Source of the DNA: the human T2T-CHM13v2.0 reference genome, Homo sapiens
Assembly (NCBI RefSeq): GCF_009914755.1
Contig: NC_060925.1
Length of the DNA: 64,000 bases
Direction: 5' to 3' (one strand)
Part shown: piece by piece, positions 26,858 to 40,780 of the stretch
How the letters are laid out: every line of letters starts with the position of its first letter
Position numbering within the stretch: the first letter of the stretch is position 1
Notes under the pieces: model-generated
Databases searched by the model: none
Seen by the model: only the letters and a program-made list of their open reading frames with translations
Told to the model about the DNA's origin: nothing
Position numbers and translations under genes: made by a program

Positions 26858-27434
26858 GGGTGATTCCTCAAATACCCCAAAACAGAACTAGCATTCAACC
26901 CAGCAATCCCATTACTGGGTTTGCTTACAACCCAAAGGAATATAAATCATTCGGTTATAAAAACACATGCATGCATATGCTCATTGCAGCACTATTCATG
27001 ATAGCAAAGACATGGAATCAACCTAAATGCCCATCAATGACAGAATGGTTAAAGAATATGCAATACATATACACCATGGAATACTATGTAGCCTTAAAAA
27101 AAATGAGAACATGTTCTTTGCAGGAACATGGATGGAGCTGGAGGCCATTATCCTCAGCAAACCAACACAGGAACAGACGACCAAATACTGCATGTTCTCA
27201 CTTATAGGTGGGGGCTAAATGATGAGAACACATGGACATATAGAGAGGAACAACACACTGGAGTCTTTTGGAGGGTGAAGGGTGGGGGAAGGAAGAGGAC
27301 CAAGAAAAAAGCAGCTATTGGGTACTAGGCTTAATACCTGGGTGATGAAATAATCTGTACAACAAACCCCTCTGACATGAATTTACCTATATAACAAACC
27401 TGCACATGTACCCTTGAACTTAAAATAAAAGTTA
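26858..27434 (+). mobile_element. 5'-truncated L1PA (L1PA13-like) ORF2 end plus 3'UTR
   Basis: ORF remnants IAALFMIAKTWNQPKCPS / YTMEYY; 3'UTR ending cttaaaataaaagttaa; degenerate TSD aagctgtt(g)tta(g/a)tgg. Confidence 0.9.
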
Positions 27435-28728
27435 AGCTGTTGTTAATGGATGAATCAACTATACAGTGATAGCTTCCATGACTGATAAGAGGCTATATTC
27501 TGTGGACTGGAATATTTGAATGGGAGACAGAAATGAGATAATTTGGAAGAAAACAAGAGAATGTCACAGAAGTCCACAGGAAGCATGGGGACAATGAATC
27601 AAAATATGTTTTCAGAATTTAGTAGTGAGAGGGGGAAAAGGTAAATTGGAGGGACAAGAAATACTTTGCTATAGAAATTCTGAGTTCTGGTCTTAATTTT
27701 ACTAATTTAGCTTGTGAGTTTTAGGCATGGCATTTGACTTTGGCCTTGTTTTTCCAGTGAAGTAGAGATAAAATATCTGTTGTAAGTTTCAAATGGGTCT
27801 TAGAGTTTGTGTGTGAGAGAGTGGAGTGGGGGTCGAAGGGATTTCAAAGCCCTGCATATGTGAAATGCAATTCAGAAAGACTATTTGGAAAGACTTCGAG
27901 GTGCTGTCAGGGGAGGAAGAGTCAAAGGGAAGACTGAGAACCCTTAGTTGAGTGGTACAGCTTTTAGAGAGACTCCCAAGCTCTATTTCAAGGTTCTAAT
28001 AAGATATCCTGCTAAGAATTGCTTCTTTGTTTAAGTCATGAGATATAATTCTTCCTCAATCCCTGACCATTCAAGGGTCTTGCATCTGATTCATGATTCG
28101 AGAATCCGGAATATGGATTTGCAGGCATTTTTTAATTCACTGAGTGTTAACATTAGAGTGCAAGTGATCACTCTTCAAATCTAGATTTATTCCTTGTTCT
28201 GGCCAGAGCCTTGCTGGGGCCAAGCCTGGGCCAGCTCTGTGCTATTGTACTATGATGGAAGAAAGCAAGCTGAGCGTGGGTCAAGGGCTGAGCAAGACGC
28301 AGAGGACCCTAAAATGTCTTCCAAATAACCCTGTCAAGGCCTTTGCTAGCATCCATGGAATAGATTGGGCACAGCCTGCCTTTGTCTTTTTGAGAATTTG
28401 CCCAATTTTGTGTGCAGAGGCTTAGAACCCACATTACCAAATGCTATAAAACCAGTGGTTGTTTGCGTGACCTTGGAAAAGTATCTGACCTTTCTGTATT
28501 GTCTTCTCATGTGCTAAGCAAGAGTGTGAGAATATTCCAACTCAGTATATTATGGTGAGGCTGATGCTGTGTTCTTCATTACGTACATGGGAGATTTTGA
28601 GCTAACTCACGGTAATACCAAATTGGGAATGGAGTAAGGCAATATTTAACTGTATTGCATTGTGGTTTTTACATCACCCTCTGTGCAGCTGCAAGAATGT
28701 AAGCTTTACTTATGGAAGATGGCTTTAA

Positions 28729-28863
<135 letters not shown>

Positions 28864-30508
28864 TGAGCCAGATGTTTCTCTCTTCTTAACTCATTTGCTG
28901 ACTGCTAACTGTAAACTAATGCCTCCTGACTCATGGCAGATTCATTCATTTAACCTTCATTTAGAAGACACTTACCTAGCAGTTCCTCTGTGCCAAATGC
29001 TTTCTAGATGCTGGGAATGCAGTAGTGAACCATCATTCTAATAATCTTGATTATTCTCAGGAATTAAAAAGTCTTGATGTCAGGCACAACACTGAACACA
29101 GTATGTAGTGAGAGTTCATTTATTCATCCATGCTTTCATTCAGTAACTCAGCAGTCAGAGACCTATGTCAAACACGGTGCTGGTTGTTAGGGAAATAAAA
29201 TTGAACTAGACACAGGCTGTGCCTCAAAAGTTTCTTACTCTGTAGTGTTTTGGGGATCAAGTCTCATATTTGTGGCTTGAATTAGTTTATACAAATCTGC
29301 AACTATTTGGGGTCCAATACCATGGTAAGCATCGCCAGGAGCACACAAAGTATAAGGTGTGGTTCCTCTCCTTAGGAAACATGTTTTGCCAAGAAGATGA
29401 TACACATGAAACAGAGAATAGGAGTTCTTTTACTGACTTATACAAGGTATAATCATTTGTTTTGGGGAAAGGACAAATCTATGTAATCTGAAGTCATCAG
29501 GGATAGTTTCATCAAGGATTGAGATTTTGCTTGGATTATGAAATATGTAGTAGGATTACATAGACTATATGGGAGTGAACATTTCAGGAAGGGGAACATC
29601 ACACCATAAGCAAAGATGAAAAAATGGGACTTGTCATGGAGTGTGAAGAAATTATAATGTAACATCTTAGGAGAGCTGAGACGGGGATATATTTTAGAGA
29701 TTCTTATATTTTTCTAAGCAAAACTGAACTTAATTTTTTGTCAGAGTGGCATACGTTCTTCAAATGAAAATTTATAAGGTGGCACTTCTGTTTAAACATG
29801 GCAGATTGAACTAAGTTGGTCATTTCTTGAAACTCCACTAACACAGAAAATAAATTTTAAGAAGGGCACTAGGACAAAGAGAACAAGAGGAATGACAAGA
29901 GATGAAAGATGTCAACAACATTTTTGAACATAGAAAAAATTGGCAACAGACAGTGATAGGAAAGCTGAAGTTTAATTGTTTAGGGAATGCCAGTAAAAAA
30001 GCAAACTGATTGTTCTTCGGAGCCCTAGAAAGGCTCAGGAATTGGAGACACCAGGTAGGTCTGAGAGCTGGGGTAGGCGTGGTGCTAAAAACAAAAGGAC
30101 TGATGCAAAGTCCTTGTAAGGAACATTAGAATCCCTGCCCCACCCCACTATAACCTCCAGGCAATGCTGACAGATATCTGCTTCACCCAACTCCCATCCT
30201 AGCAAAAGTTAGGAGACTTAATCTCTGTAGATGTGGAATCAGAGAAGCTTGGAATTGTACCATCAGATACACCTGAGGGTAGTGTTGATATGTTGTACTG
30301 AAAACAGGAGGGCTAAATGAAAGTCTACAAACTGAATGTGCGTAGTCCAGCCCACTTCTGCTTGACTCTTAAAAACATAGCAGTCTGGTAGGAGTTGAGA
30401 GGATTCCTCTTTTGGGGAACTGTCTGAAGAGAAGGGACAAATTTATACTGATATTTGGGAGAGACCAGAGAAACAGGTTCCTACCTCATCACCTTTGGTG
30501 AGACTCAC

Positions 30509-31306
30509 TGTATTAATTACCTATGGCTGCTTTCAACTAATTACCATAGCTCCGCGGCTTAAAACTGTGAGAGAAACTTCATTTTCTTATAGTTCTGAAG
30601 GGTACAGGCCCAAAATCTGGTAGGGCCATTGATATAGTTTGGCTGTGTCCCCACCCAAATCTCATCTTGAATTGTAGCTCCCACAATTCCCAGGTGTTGT
30701 GGGAGGGACCTGGTGGGAGGTAATTGAATCATGGAGGTGGGTCTTTCCTGTGCTGTTCTCATGATTGTCACGAGACCTGATGATTTTGTAAAAGGGAGTT
30801 TCCCTGTACAAGCTCTCTTCTCTTGTCTGCTGCCAAGTGAGATGTGCCTTTCACCTTCTGCCATGATTGTGAGGCCTCCCCAGCCACGTGGAACTGTGAG
30901 TCCATGAAACGTCTTTCTTTTGTAAATGCCTCAGTCTTGCGTATGTCTTTATTAGCAGCACGAAAATGGACTAATACAGCTGTGCTCCCTCCAAGGGCTC
31001 TAAAGGAGAATTGATTTTCTTCCTCTTCCAGCTTCTGGCAGCCCCAGGCATTCCTTGGCTTATAGCCACGTCACTGTAATCTCTGCCTCTGTGATCATAT
31101 TGCCTCTTTTTCAATGTCTGTGCAGTTTTATAAGGCCACTTGTCATTGGATTTAGGGTCATTCTGATAAGCCAGGATGATCTCTTATTTGAACATCCTTA
31201 ACTTAATAATCTGCAAAGATTATTTTTCCAAATAAAGTAACATTCACATGTTCCAGGACTTAGGATGTGAACAAATCTTTTGGGGGGCTCCCAGTCATCC
31301 CATTAC
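30509..31306 (-). mobile_element. MLT1B-like MaLR LTR, split by THE1B
   Basis: tgtattaattacctatggctgc ... ccaggatgatctc...ccttaacttaat...cccattaca; TSD ctcac/ttcac. Confidence 0.8.
30630..30978 (+). mobile_element. THE1B MaLR solo LTR
   Basis: tgatatagtttggctgtgtccccacccaaatctc ... ggactaataca; TSD gccat/gctgt, consistent with ancestral gccgt and CpG decay. Confidence 0.92.
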
Positions 31307-32122
31307 ATTCACCATTCTACAAGCTCCAAGCTTGCATACAGAGTTGCCAATGAGGCTTTTGTGCCGTGCTTTTAAATATGAACACACAGCTAGGGATCAT
31401 CAGCATTTGAGGAAAATGCCCAACACAAAAGAACAAAAAACAAAATCATGAATTATAAAAAGGTAATTGAGGGAATATGAACAATGCAGGGAGTAGAAGA
31501 CAAATTTAAAAGCTGTATCTGCTATTAGAGATAGAAGAGAAACCATTTCATTTACAGAATAACAGGCCAATAAATTAAAAAAAAAAACATTTAGAGGTTA
31601 AGGGCTCTTGGAAATTAATGTAAAATGTACATTCATTTTACAAAGTAATATATATATACTTATATATATTTACATTAAATATAAAAATGAAATAATGTAA
31701 AAATATAAGAATGTAATAAAATATAAAGGTAATACATATTTGGAATATAAAATTGATGAAATTACCTACAAAACAGAACAGCAAAATAGGATTGATCCAG
31801 CTTTTAACTATAATAGGAGTTCTATAAAAAGAACAGAGACATGGAAAGGAAGAAATTAACAAAAATCTAAGAAATGTTCCCAGAGCCAAAAGACTCACAT
31901 TGCCAGATTAAAAGATGTGTTGAGGCAGATGCAAGGATGTTCTTTCCAGCATTATTTCATGGTAGTGGGGAGTTGGAGGCAACGTGGATGTCCATAACTG
32001 GGAGATTATATAGGTAAAATATTGGATGTATACCATGGCACAGTATGTAGCAGTATGTACTGTGGCATCCTATGTAGCACAGAGCAACAAATACTGTGTA
32101 CACATGAAACATAAGATATCTT

Positions 32123-32424
32123 GGGCGGGGCGCGCTGGCTCACGCCTGTAATCCCAGCACTTTGGGAGGCCGAGGCGGGCAGATCACGAGGTCAGGAGAT
32201 CGAGACCATCCTGGCTAACACAGTGAAACCCTGTCTCTACTAAAAATACAAAAAATTAGCCGGGCGAGGTGGCGGGCGCCTGTAGTCCCAGCTACGCGAG
32301 AGGCTGAGGCAGGAGAATGGCGTGAACCCCAGGGGGCGGAGCCTGCAGTGAGCCAAGATCACGCCACTGCACTCCAGCCTGGGCGACAGCGAGACTCCAT
32401 CTCAAAAAAAAAAAAAAAAAAAAA
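32123..32424 (+). mobile_element. Young AluY (AluYe-like)
   Basis: Perfect 17-bp TSD gaaacataagatatctt; high CpG retention; diagnostics gggcgaggtggcggg, gaaccccagggggcggagcctgcag, gacagcgagac. Confidence 0.93.
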
Positions 32425-33288
32425 GAAACATAAGATATCTTAAGAACATAGATTTTAGTGAAAACAAGAATCACTGTGATATGATACCATTTACATAAAA
32501 CTACATGCACACAAAATATACAGTTTGTGAAAATACATTCAAATCAAAGGCACATTTTGAATGTATTATAATTTTTTTAAATTTTTATTTTACTTTAATG
32601 ATAATTTTTATAGCAGGGTGATATAAGGTAGGTATGGAGGTAAAAGAGAACAAATGAGTTTAATTAATAATGAAATACACACTGAAAACTCAGCATGACT
32701 AATGGAAAGTGAGAACCCCAAGGTGAATCATCATGAAATTTCAGAATATCAGATTAAAAAATATTCTGAAAGTGCCTGGTAATTAGGAAGGAGATAGAAT
32801 TTATCTACAAAGAAATAGGAATCAGGATAGCTTTGGGCTTCTCAATGGCAACACTGAAAGTTAGTAACAAATAGATAAGTTCTTAAAACTTTCATAAGGA
32901 AAATAATTTTCAAGATAGAATTCTATACCTAGCTCGAATACCAATTGTTTTTTAGGATGGGATCACAATATTTTTGATATCCATTTTGAAAAAGTTACTG
33001 GTGAATGTGAGTCACTAAAAATAAGGAAGTAATTGAAGAAAGAGAAGAACGTGATACTCATGGAAACAAGGGATTCGATGGAGGAGAGAAAGAAGAGGAA
33101 TTGATTCCCAGGGCGATGAACGGAAGTCTAGGATGACAGAAGCCTAGAGAGTATCAAGCAGTATCAAGATTTGAGTAGGGTGACAGAGGCCTCTAAAAAT
33201 GCTATCTGTAAGAAAAAATAAAACTAATGTATTCCCCAATGTGTGTTATTATTTTCAAAAGAGCTCATGGTTTTGCCAAAACTATATA

Positions 33289-34470
33289 CAGTCATGTGCC
33301 ACATAATGACATTTCAGTCAATGACTGATGTATATGCAACAGTGGTCCCACAGGATTTAGTGGAGCTGAAAAATTCCTGTGGCTTAGTGATGTCATAGTC
33401 ATCTTAACATCATAGTGCAATGCATTACTCACATGGTTGTGGTGACGCTGGTGTAAAAAAACCCTGAATTGTCCATCATATAACAGTAGAACATATACAA
33501 TTATGTACAGTATATAGTATTCGACAGTAAATGACTATGTTACTGATTTGGCATTTACTTTCAATTGTTATTTTACAATTTATTCCTACTTATTTTTAAA
33601 AAAGTTATCTGTAAAACAGTCTGAGGCAGGTTCCTCAGGAGGTATTCCAGAGGAAGGCATTGTCATCATAGGAGATGACAGCTCCCTGTGTGTTATTGCT
33701 CCTGAAGACCTTCCAGTGGGACAAGATATGGAGGTGGAAGACAGTGATATTGATGGTTCTGACCCTGTGCAGGCCTAGGCTAGTGTGTGTGTTTGTGTCT
33801 TCGCTTTTAACAAAAGATTTTAAAAAGTAAAAAAGTAAAAAGTAAGAATAAAAAAAGCTTATAGAATAAGGATGTAAGGAAAGAAAATATATTTGTACAG
33901 CTGTACAATGTGTGTTTTAAGCTAAGCATTATTGCCAAAGAGTCTAAGTTAAATTTTTTCTAAGTTTATAAGGTAAAGTTACAGTACGTGAAGATTAATT
34001 TATTGAAATAAAAATGTTTTTAATAAATTCAGTGTAGCTTAAGTGTCCAGTGTTGATAAAGTCTACAGTGCCATACAGTAATGTCCTAGGCCTTCACATT
34101 CACTCACCACTCACTTTCTGACTCACCCAGAGCAACTTCCTGCAAGCTCCATTCATGGTAAGTGCTCTACGGTGTACCATTTTTTAAAATCTTTTATACC
34201 ATAATTTTACTATCCCTTTTCTATGTTTAGATATATTTAGATGTACAAATACTTAATGATGTGTTATAATTTCCTACAGTATTTAGTATAGTAACATGCT
34301 GTATAGGTTTACAGCCTAGGAGCAATAGGTTACAGCATATAGCCTAGGTATGTAGTAGGCTATACCATCTAGGTCTGTGTAAGTACACATTCTGGTGTTC
34401 ACACAACAACAACATTGCCTAGCAATGCATTTCTCAGAATGTACCCCTTTTGTTAAGCCATACATGACTG
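33289..34470. mobile_element. Tigger3b (Golem/MER7 family) non-autonomous DNA transposon
   Basis: TIRs cagtcatgtgccacataatgac / ttaagccatacatgactg with TA on both sides; 1182 bp. Confidence 0.88.
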
Positions 34471-37400
34471 TATGAATATATGTATGTATTTGTATATACA
34501 CACATACACAAAAAAACACTCTAAGCATTTAATTCCATGAAATATGAAATTGTTACCAGTAAGAAATATAAGCATAGTAAGTAGGTCCTCTATTCAGCTC
34601 AGTTGTCAACCAAATTTATGTTGCTGATGCTGAATTTTGATATAGCCCCTTACAGTGCTGTGATTACCTTAAGTGGATGGAGGAGGCTGAATATGAGGAG
34701 GGGAAAGGGAGGGGGAGATTTCAGTCAAAGACTGAAATCTTAGGTTCCACAGTAAGGAAGTATTTAGGCAATATCTAAAATGGAAAGATAAAGACATTTC
34801 AGTTTTTAAGTATAATATTTAGAAATTTGGAAATGAATACCAGAAGAAACAGGTAAAAGAGTTGAAAGTGGTTGCCTCTGGGGAGTGAAATTCAGGGGTT
34901 AGGAGAGGTAAAGCAGAGGGCTGCCAGTTTTTCATTAGAAGTCTTTCAAAATTATTTGACTTTTTAAATTCTACATGTGTTACTTTGAAAAAATAGAAAT
35001 TAAATTTTAAAGTAAAAATATTGCACACACACAAAAGTGTAGGACGAAAGGCGTATATAAGAATATTCATCTAACATCCGTGGGGGAAGGATTGGCATGG
35101 AGAGAGACCAGATTCAGTAGGATTAAGCAGGAAACAACCATAGTAATCCAACGACGTGGTACTAAGAGCCTGTGGTGGTAATTTGTGAAAAACTGAAGAC
35201 ATCGTAAAGAAGAACTTTAATAATGTTTATTTTGAGTGGAGAGTCTTAAGACATAAGAGATTTCTTCTATATTTACTCATTCAGTGAGTGTTTGTTGGCA
35301 TTCTTTGTTCGTGCCCAAGCACTGCTAGACGTTACTGTCTCCAGCCAGCCAGTACCTACAACTCCAATGTGCACCTTCCATAACTCTGGCCCCCAGAGAA
35401 GCCTGACCACAGGCTCTCCTCTTGTATTTCTACTGAGAGGATAATGTCATGTTTGTGTAATCTTATCTGATATTCTTTGTCCTAAGTGTGTATATATTTT
35501 AGTTTGGAAAATTTAAGACAGATTCTTACTATATATTTGGGGAGAAAAGTAGATGTGGTGCCAACAAAAGCCACTGGTGTTCTGGATGAGGCTCCAGCAT
35601 AGGTTTGAGTTGTGTCTTAACAGAGCTGGAAATGGAACAGAACACTACCATACTGGACAGTGCCTTGTGTCTGACCACATGGACTCTCTCTGGTTTGGAA
35701 TCACATCTTTTCATTCTCTTACGTCTTTCTCTGCATGGGAAACAGTTGTACATTGGAAGAGGCATGGGCTTTAGCATCTGACATTCATGGGTGAGAAGCC
35801 TAACCCTGTAAGAAACCACTTATTAGCATTGCGAATTTGGATAAGTTACTCTGAGCCTGCTTCCTCCTCTGTAAAATGGGATAGCAATAGCTCTCTCATA
35901 TACAAAACCCTAGCCCAGGGTCTGGCATGGAGTAGCCCTTAGCTCTTATTAGCTGCCTATATCCTTCGATAATATTAACATACATTTTCTCAGCCTCTTA
36001 GGTCCAGGTGGCATCACCTGCTTAACGGCCTGTGGATGTTCGATTGATCCAGCTGTCGGGCCATGGGCTCCTCTGGGAGATGGTCTGCACAGATTAGATG
36101 TCATGGAACTGGGATGGCAGATGCCTTCTTAGCACTTCTGGAGAAGCCTAGGAAGTGACAGTGGCAGCTGGGAACAGCTGATATGAATAAATTTTGACAT
36201 TTTAAGGAGTGTTCACAATAGGGGCCTTATAGGCTGGGACTGAAATCATTCTGACCTGGTTTCTTTTTCTCATTCTGAAGCTCAGCACAGTTTGGGGTGG
36301 GCTTTATTGGTGTCTGCAGGGGGTTCAGCAGCAGCCAGTCCTGTGTACAGGAGGGGCCGTGGGTTCTCTCTTCTGCTTGGTTGTCTCTCACATGCCTTTG
36401 GAAAGATTGTGAGCTTTCTCCTTAGAGTGGGGGTTTAGTTGGGATTTAATTCAGAAGCAGCCTGGGAAATAGCTTGGAAACCTAGGGAGCAGGTTTCTTG
36501 TGACCTGCAGGCAGCTGAATGTTATGTACCAAGGCTGTTCCCAGAGCAGAGAGAGACAGAAATTAAAGGGGGAACACACATGGCTCCTAGGTTGGGCAAG
36601 TGAGGGAGAGAGTCCATGTGAGAGGGGGCAGGCCACATCCACTGGTGCTCAGGGACCCCTGGATGCCAAGTGTGGAAATGACTGAGGCACCTGCCTCTGG
36701 GGCACAGGCATTGGTGGGAGGAAGGCTGTGAGGCATGTTTGTCGGCTCAGATTTAAAGAGGAAGTATGGATGGAAGCATTGTAGCATTTTTACTTGTCTC
36801 AAAGGAAATGGGATTTGATGAAAACCATTAGCTTAGGCATGAAGAGAAGCAGAGCTTCCTGTCTCCATGGAAACAAAGCAGGGCTGCATAAGCACATCCT
36901 GAAATGCCATCAGGGGCTACAGGGCAGCGGCTAACACAAACAGAAATGACCATGAGCCATCCCACTGTCTCCATCCATTGTTGCCTGGGCTTCTGGACAG
37001 GGAAAGGTAAATATGGGGAAGCAGTTGAGCTGTCTCAAAACCAGAGCAGGGACAGTCAGACCAGAGACTGCTTCCATATACGTGTGGGGAGCAATGTGAG
37101 CTCTCTTGTGTAAAGCATGCCATAGTTTTCAAAGCACCTTTGCTTTTGTGATCATATTTGTTCTTTGCAATGACTCCATGCAGTATGTGGACAGTATCTT
37201 TATTTGGAAATGAGAAGAGGGAGGTTTAGTTAATCTCCAACTAGTTACTGGCAGAGGTGGGGCCAGAGGTTACAATTTCTCAACTTCTAGTTAGTGCTTA
37301 TTTTAGTGTACACTACGTAGCTTCTATTCAGGGATACTGACACCTGAGGTGGCATACCCAGAGATATGCCGCCAGTGGTAAGCCTGGAATATCATCTTGA

Positions 37401-38289
37401 CCATATAGATTTGGTGCAAGTTTTAATGTGTATGTGCATTGATGTACACACTAATTCACACACACTGATGTTCACGTATACAATGTGACCCGGTATGTGT
37501 ACAGGGCAGAAGATGCCAAGACCCACTGTCAAGGTCCTGCTGCCCTAAGACTAATGGGAAGTAGTGAAGTGTCCATAGTAGAGGAGGAATTCTTCTGGTT
37601 GCATCTCATGAATGCATAGAGTGGCTCCCACGACAAGCCAAACTACAGCTGTCTGCCTTGCTAGCAACTCATGTGCAAGCTGATTCTGTGCAATTCAGCA
37701 AGTGTTTATTGAGTGTCTGCTATGCAAAAGATACCTGGCTAGACATTTAGAATACAAAGATGGGTAAAATGAGGAGATTGTAGACTAATTATGGAAATAT
37801 TTCAAAAATACATGTAATGGGACTCTAAGTTCAAATAGTCCAGAAGGCTAGTCCCTCCCCAAAGCTAATTTTTTTTTGAGATTCATATATGCAGGTCACT
37901 AATGTTGGGTTCCTACTATCTTGCAAGGCATTGTTGAGGATAAAAAGATGAATAAGACCTAGGTCTTGGCCACAATGGGCATATTAACAACTATAACTTC
38001 AGTGTTAAACCTTGCATCTCCTGTTGGGTGTGCCATTGCATCTTAGGAGGTGGTTCCTGAGTGTTTCCCATGCCTGACCTGAGACAGGAATGGCTGCTGG
38101 TCTTAAGAAGGAAATTATTCATGCCCAGCTCAGTGTTCCAGATGAGATCTCTGAGGGGAGTTGGTGGGTATTAGTTTGACGTATATCTGCTCCTCCCAAG
38201 GCTGGCTGACATTGAAGGTGACTGGCTAACATAAGGGAGAGTAATTCTGCTGGGATTCTAACACTGGAATCAACCAGTAGAAAGTCAAT

Positions 38290-39010
38290 GACTGACTCAC
38301 GCAAGAGTTACTAAGTACTTGTTGTATGTGACTCACTGCTAGGGGCTAGGGATACCAGGTCAAACAAGGACAGAGAGCTGCTACCCCTCAACGGGTTTGA
38401 GTCTAGGAAGAGATAGCAACAGGGGAGCATTTAAATTAGAAGGGGCAAGGATCAGGTAAGGCCAACTGAGGCAGGTGACAGTGGTGTGTGCCTTTGAAGA
38501 GCCAGCGATAGTTTGCGAGCACAAGGGAGAAGCACATTCTAGCACAGAGGCACAGGCAGAGGCTCATCGAGAAGGGCTTCTTGGGCTAAGCTGGTAAGTT
38601 TAAGCTTGATTCCAGAAGCTTGTGGGAGGTTTTAGATTGTTAGATAAGGAGATGGCTAGATTTGCATTTGAAGATGATCACCCTGGAGAAGGTACATAGA
38701 GAAGCAAGACTGGAAGCAAACAGAGAGGAGCAGCAGTTCAGGGGAGAAGCAGAGAAGCAGCGGGGCTGAAGTACAGCGGTGGGGACGGAAAGGACAGGAC
38801 AGCTCCAGGAGGTGTTGGGGGCCAGGTGTCGGATCTGCAGGACTCGGGACTGTGTGGGTATGTCTGAGTGGGTTTGGTGTGGAAATCAGAGGGAAGTCTT
38901 CTGGATTGCTTTTAGGTTTCTGAATTGAGACTGTAGGTGGCTGGGGGAGAACACAGGCCAAAGGGTAGGTCTTAAGGGAAAGAGGGCAGGTTTTGGACCT
39001 GTTGAGTATG
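38290..39010 (-). mobile_element. L2 fragment
   Basis: ttactaagtacttgttgtatg...tagatttgcatttgaagatgatcaccctgg...ttttggacctgttgagt; boundaries approximate. Confidence 0.6.
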
Positions 39011-39109
39011 AGAAAGCGTAACACACTTCATGACTTTTGGCCAGTTCACAGGAGTAGAGTAGGGTTTGTTTTAAGTTGTTTTTCTTGTAAGCTATAATTT
39101 TTTGAGACT

Positions 39110-39320
39110 GTGCTACCCATCAAGCATTGTGCCAATCACATGACACATATTGTCTCATTTAATCCTCACAGTGACCATATGAGGAAGTACTAACTTCCTT
39201 TTATAAATAGAGATACTGTGGGATGCTTGGTAATTTGCCAAAGTAAACAAAGCTCATGAGCAGTAGATTCAGAATTTGGACTGAGATCTACTAGGCACAA
39301 ACACCTATGCTTTTAAGCAG
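39110..39320 (-). mobile_element. MIR
   Basis: tctcatttaatcctcacagtgacc...ggtaatttgccaaag. Confidence 0.7.
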
Positions 39321-39844
39321 ATCCTCCAGATAGTTTAAATGTCCTTTATGGAAGGAAATTATCTGTCATCTAGTACAGCAGAACTTGATGAAAATGAACA
39401 GGTCCTCCATGACGGCCATGGCACATGTAACTTCCCAGTCCTGTGGACAGAAATTTCCTGTATGATACCCTGCTATGATGACCAGAGTGGGGTGTTCATA
39501 ATTCCTACACTGATGAGAAGGACTTTTCCTGGGTGAGTTGTGTGACCATGGGGGTCACATAAAAAGCTTATGGGAGCTTGCTGAGAGAATCTGCATTTCC
39601 CCAAGACACTGCTTAGTGTATCAGTTGTGAAAATTGTATCTTAGGGTGAGATAAAAATTATTTGAGGAAGACAAGACTCTAAGTGTCGTTTGTGCCTGCC
39701 TCCTTGTTACAGTGGAGGAAACTCGGCTGGAGAGTGAAATGACTTGCTCAGTTTGTAGACAGCTATTTAGTGTTAGACCTTGGCTAGAAGCTAGCTGCCC
39801 TGGCTCCCTGTCTGGGGTGCTTTTTCCTCCATGCCCTATGTATA

Positions 39845-40085
39845 GCCTAGTAGTAAAATACAGACTCTAGACAGTCTAGCTGGGTTTGAGTTCTGTTCCT
39901 ATCACTTGCCAGCTATGACAATGATGTTAGGTAAATTATTTCACTTTTCTATACCTTCAGTTACCCAATTGTGAATAAGGATATTGGTGTTTGTCATATA
40001 AGATTACCGGGGAAATGAAATCAGATAATACATGTTAAGTGTTTAATACCTGGGTGATAGTAATTACTTAATAAATGTTAGCTGT
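39845..40085 (+). mobile_element. MIR
   Basis: ctgggtttgagttctgttcctatcacttgccagctatga...ataaatgttagctgtta. Confidence 0.7.
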
Positions 40086-40604
40086 TAGTAGCAGATTTCT
40101 TTCTCAAGAGCCTGGTTTACACTCAGTAGGTGGGGCTGGGAAAGAGCCATTCTTACCTACCAAGTACTCCCATTGAGTCAATTAGCATGAGCTCAGATGT
40201 TTTCAGATACCACTGGTAGAGCTGACCATCCATGGCACCCTACAGGGAACAGCAAAGACAGACTGTGCCCTTGGGCCCCACATGAGGCCATCAGCTTAGA
40301 CACTCCACCATTTGAAGTTCCTTGGAGTACCTGGGCCTTTCTATTCTCTGCTCATGTGGTCTGGAGTAAGCCTCTAATTTTCTTTGTTAAATTCCTGCTC
40401 ATCCCTCTCAGCTTGTTTTAACTTTGGCTTCTTTCACAAGATCTTTCCAGGTCTATACCCCCCAATCTCATTTTACAATTAGTATTAAAATCTTTCTCCC
40501 ACATGTTCCCATAGCACTATATGCCTGTTTGTTATAGAATCTGTCACTCATAGTAATATCATGGAATTGTTATATAATTTAATACTACTAAAGATAAGAT
40601 GTAA

Positions 40605-40780
40605 TATTTATTGAAACCTTGTCATCTGCCCGATACCATGGTAAATGCTTTATATACATTATTTCAATTAATTTTTGTAACAGCCTTATGAGGCAGGTAC
40701 TGCTGTTAACCCCATTTTATAATTGAGGAAATGGAGACTGAGAGTGGCTAAGAGTCTTGCCTAAGGGTGCACAGTCTAAT
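40605..40780 (-). mobile_element. MIR
   Basis: aacagccttatgaggcaggtactgct...ccccattttataattgaggaaat. Confidence 0.7.

Larger units (their letters stand above)
29780..33280 (+). mobile_element. Ancient L1M/HAL1-type 5'/ORF1 remnant interrupted by younger insertions
   Basis: ORF1 C-terminal-like decayed motifs near 32715-32945 (catcatgaaatttcagaa...ggcttctcaatggcaacactgaaag...agaattctatacctagc); boundaries approximate. Confidence 0.55.
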
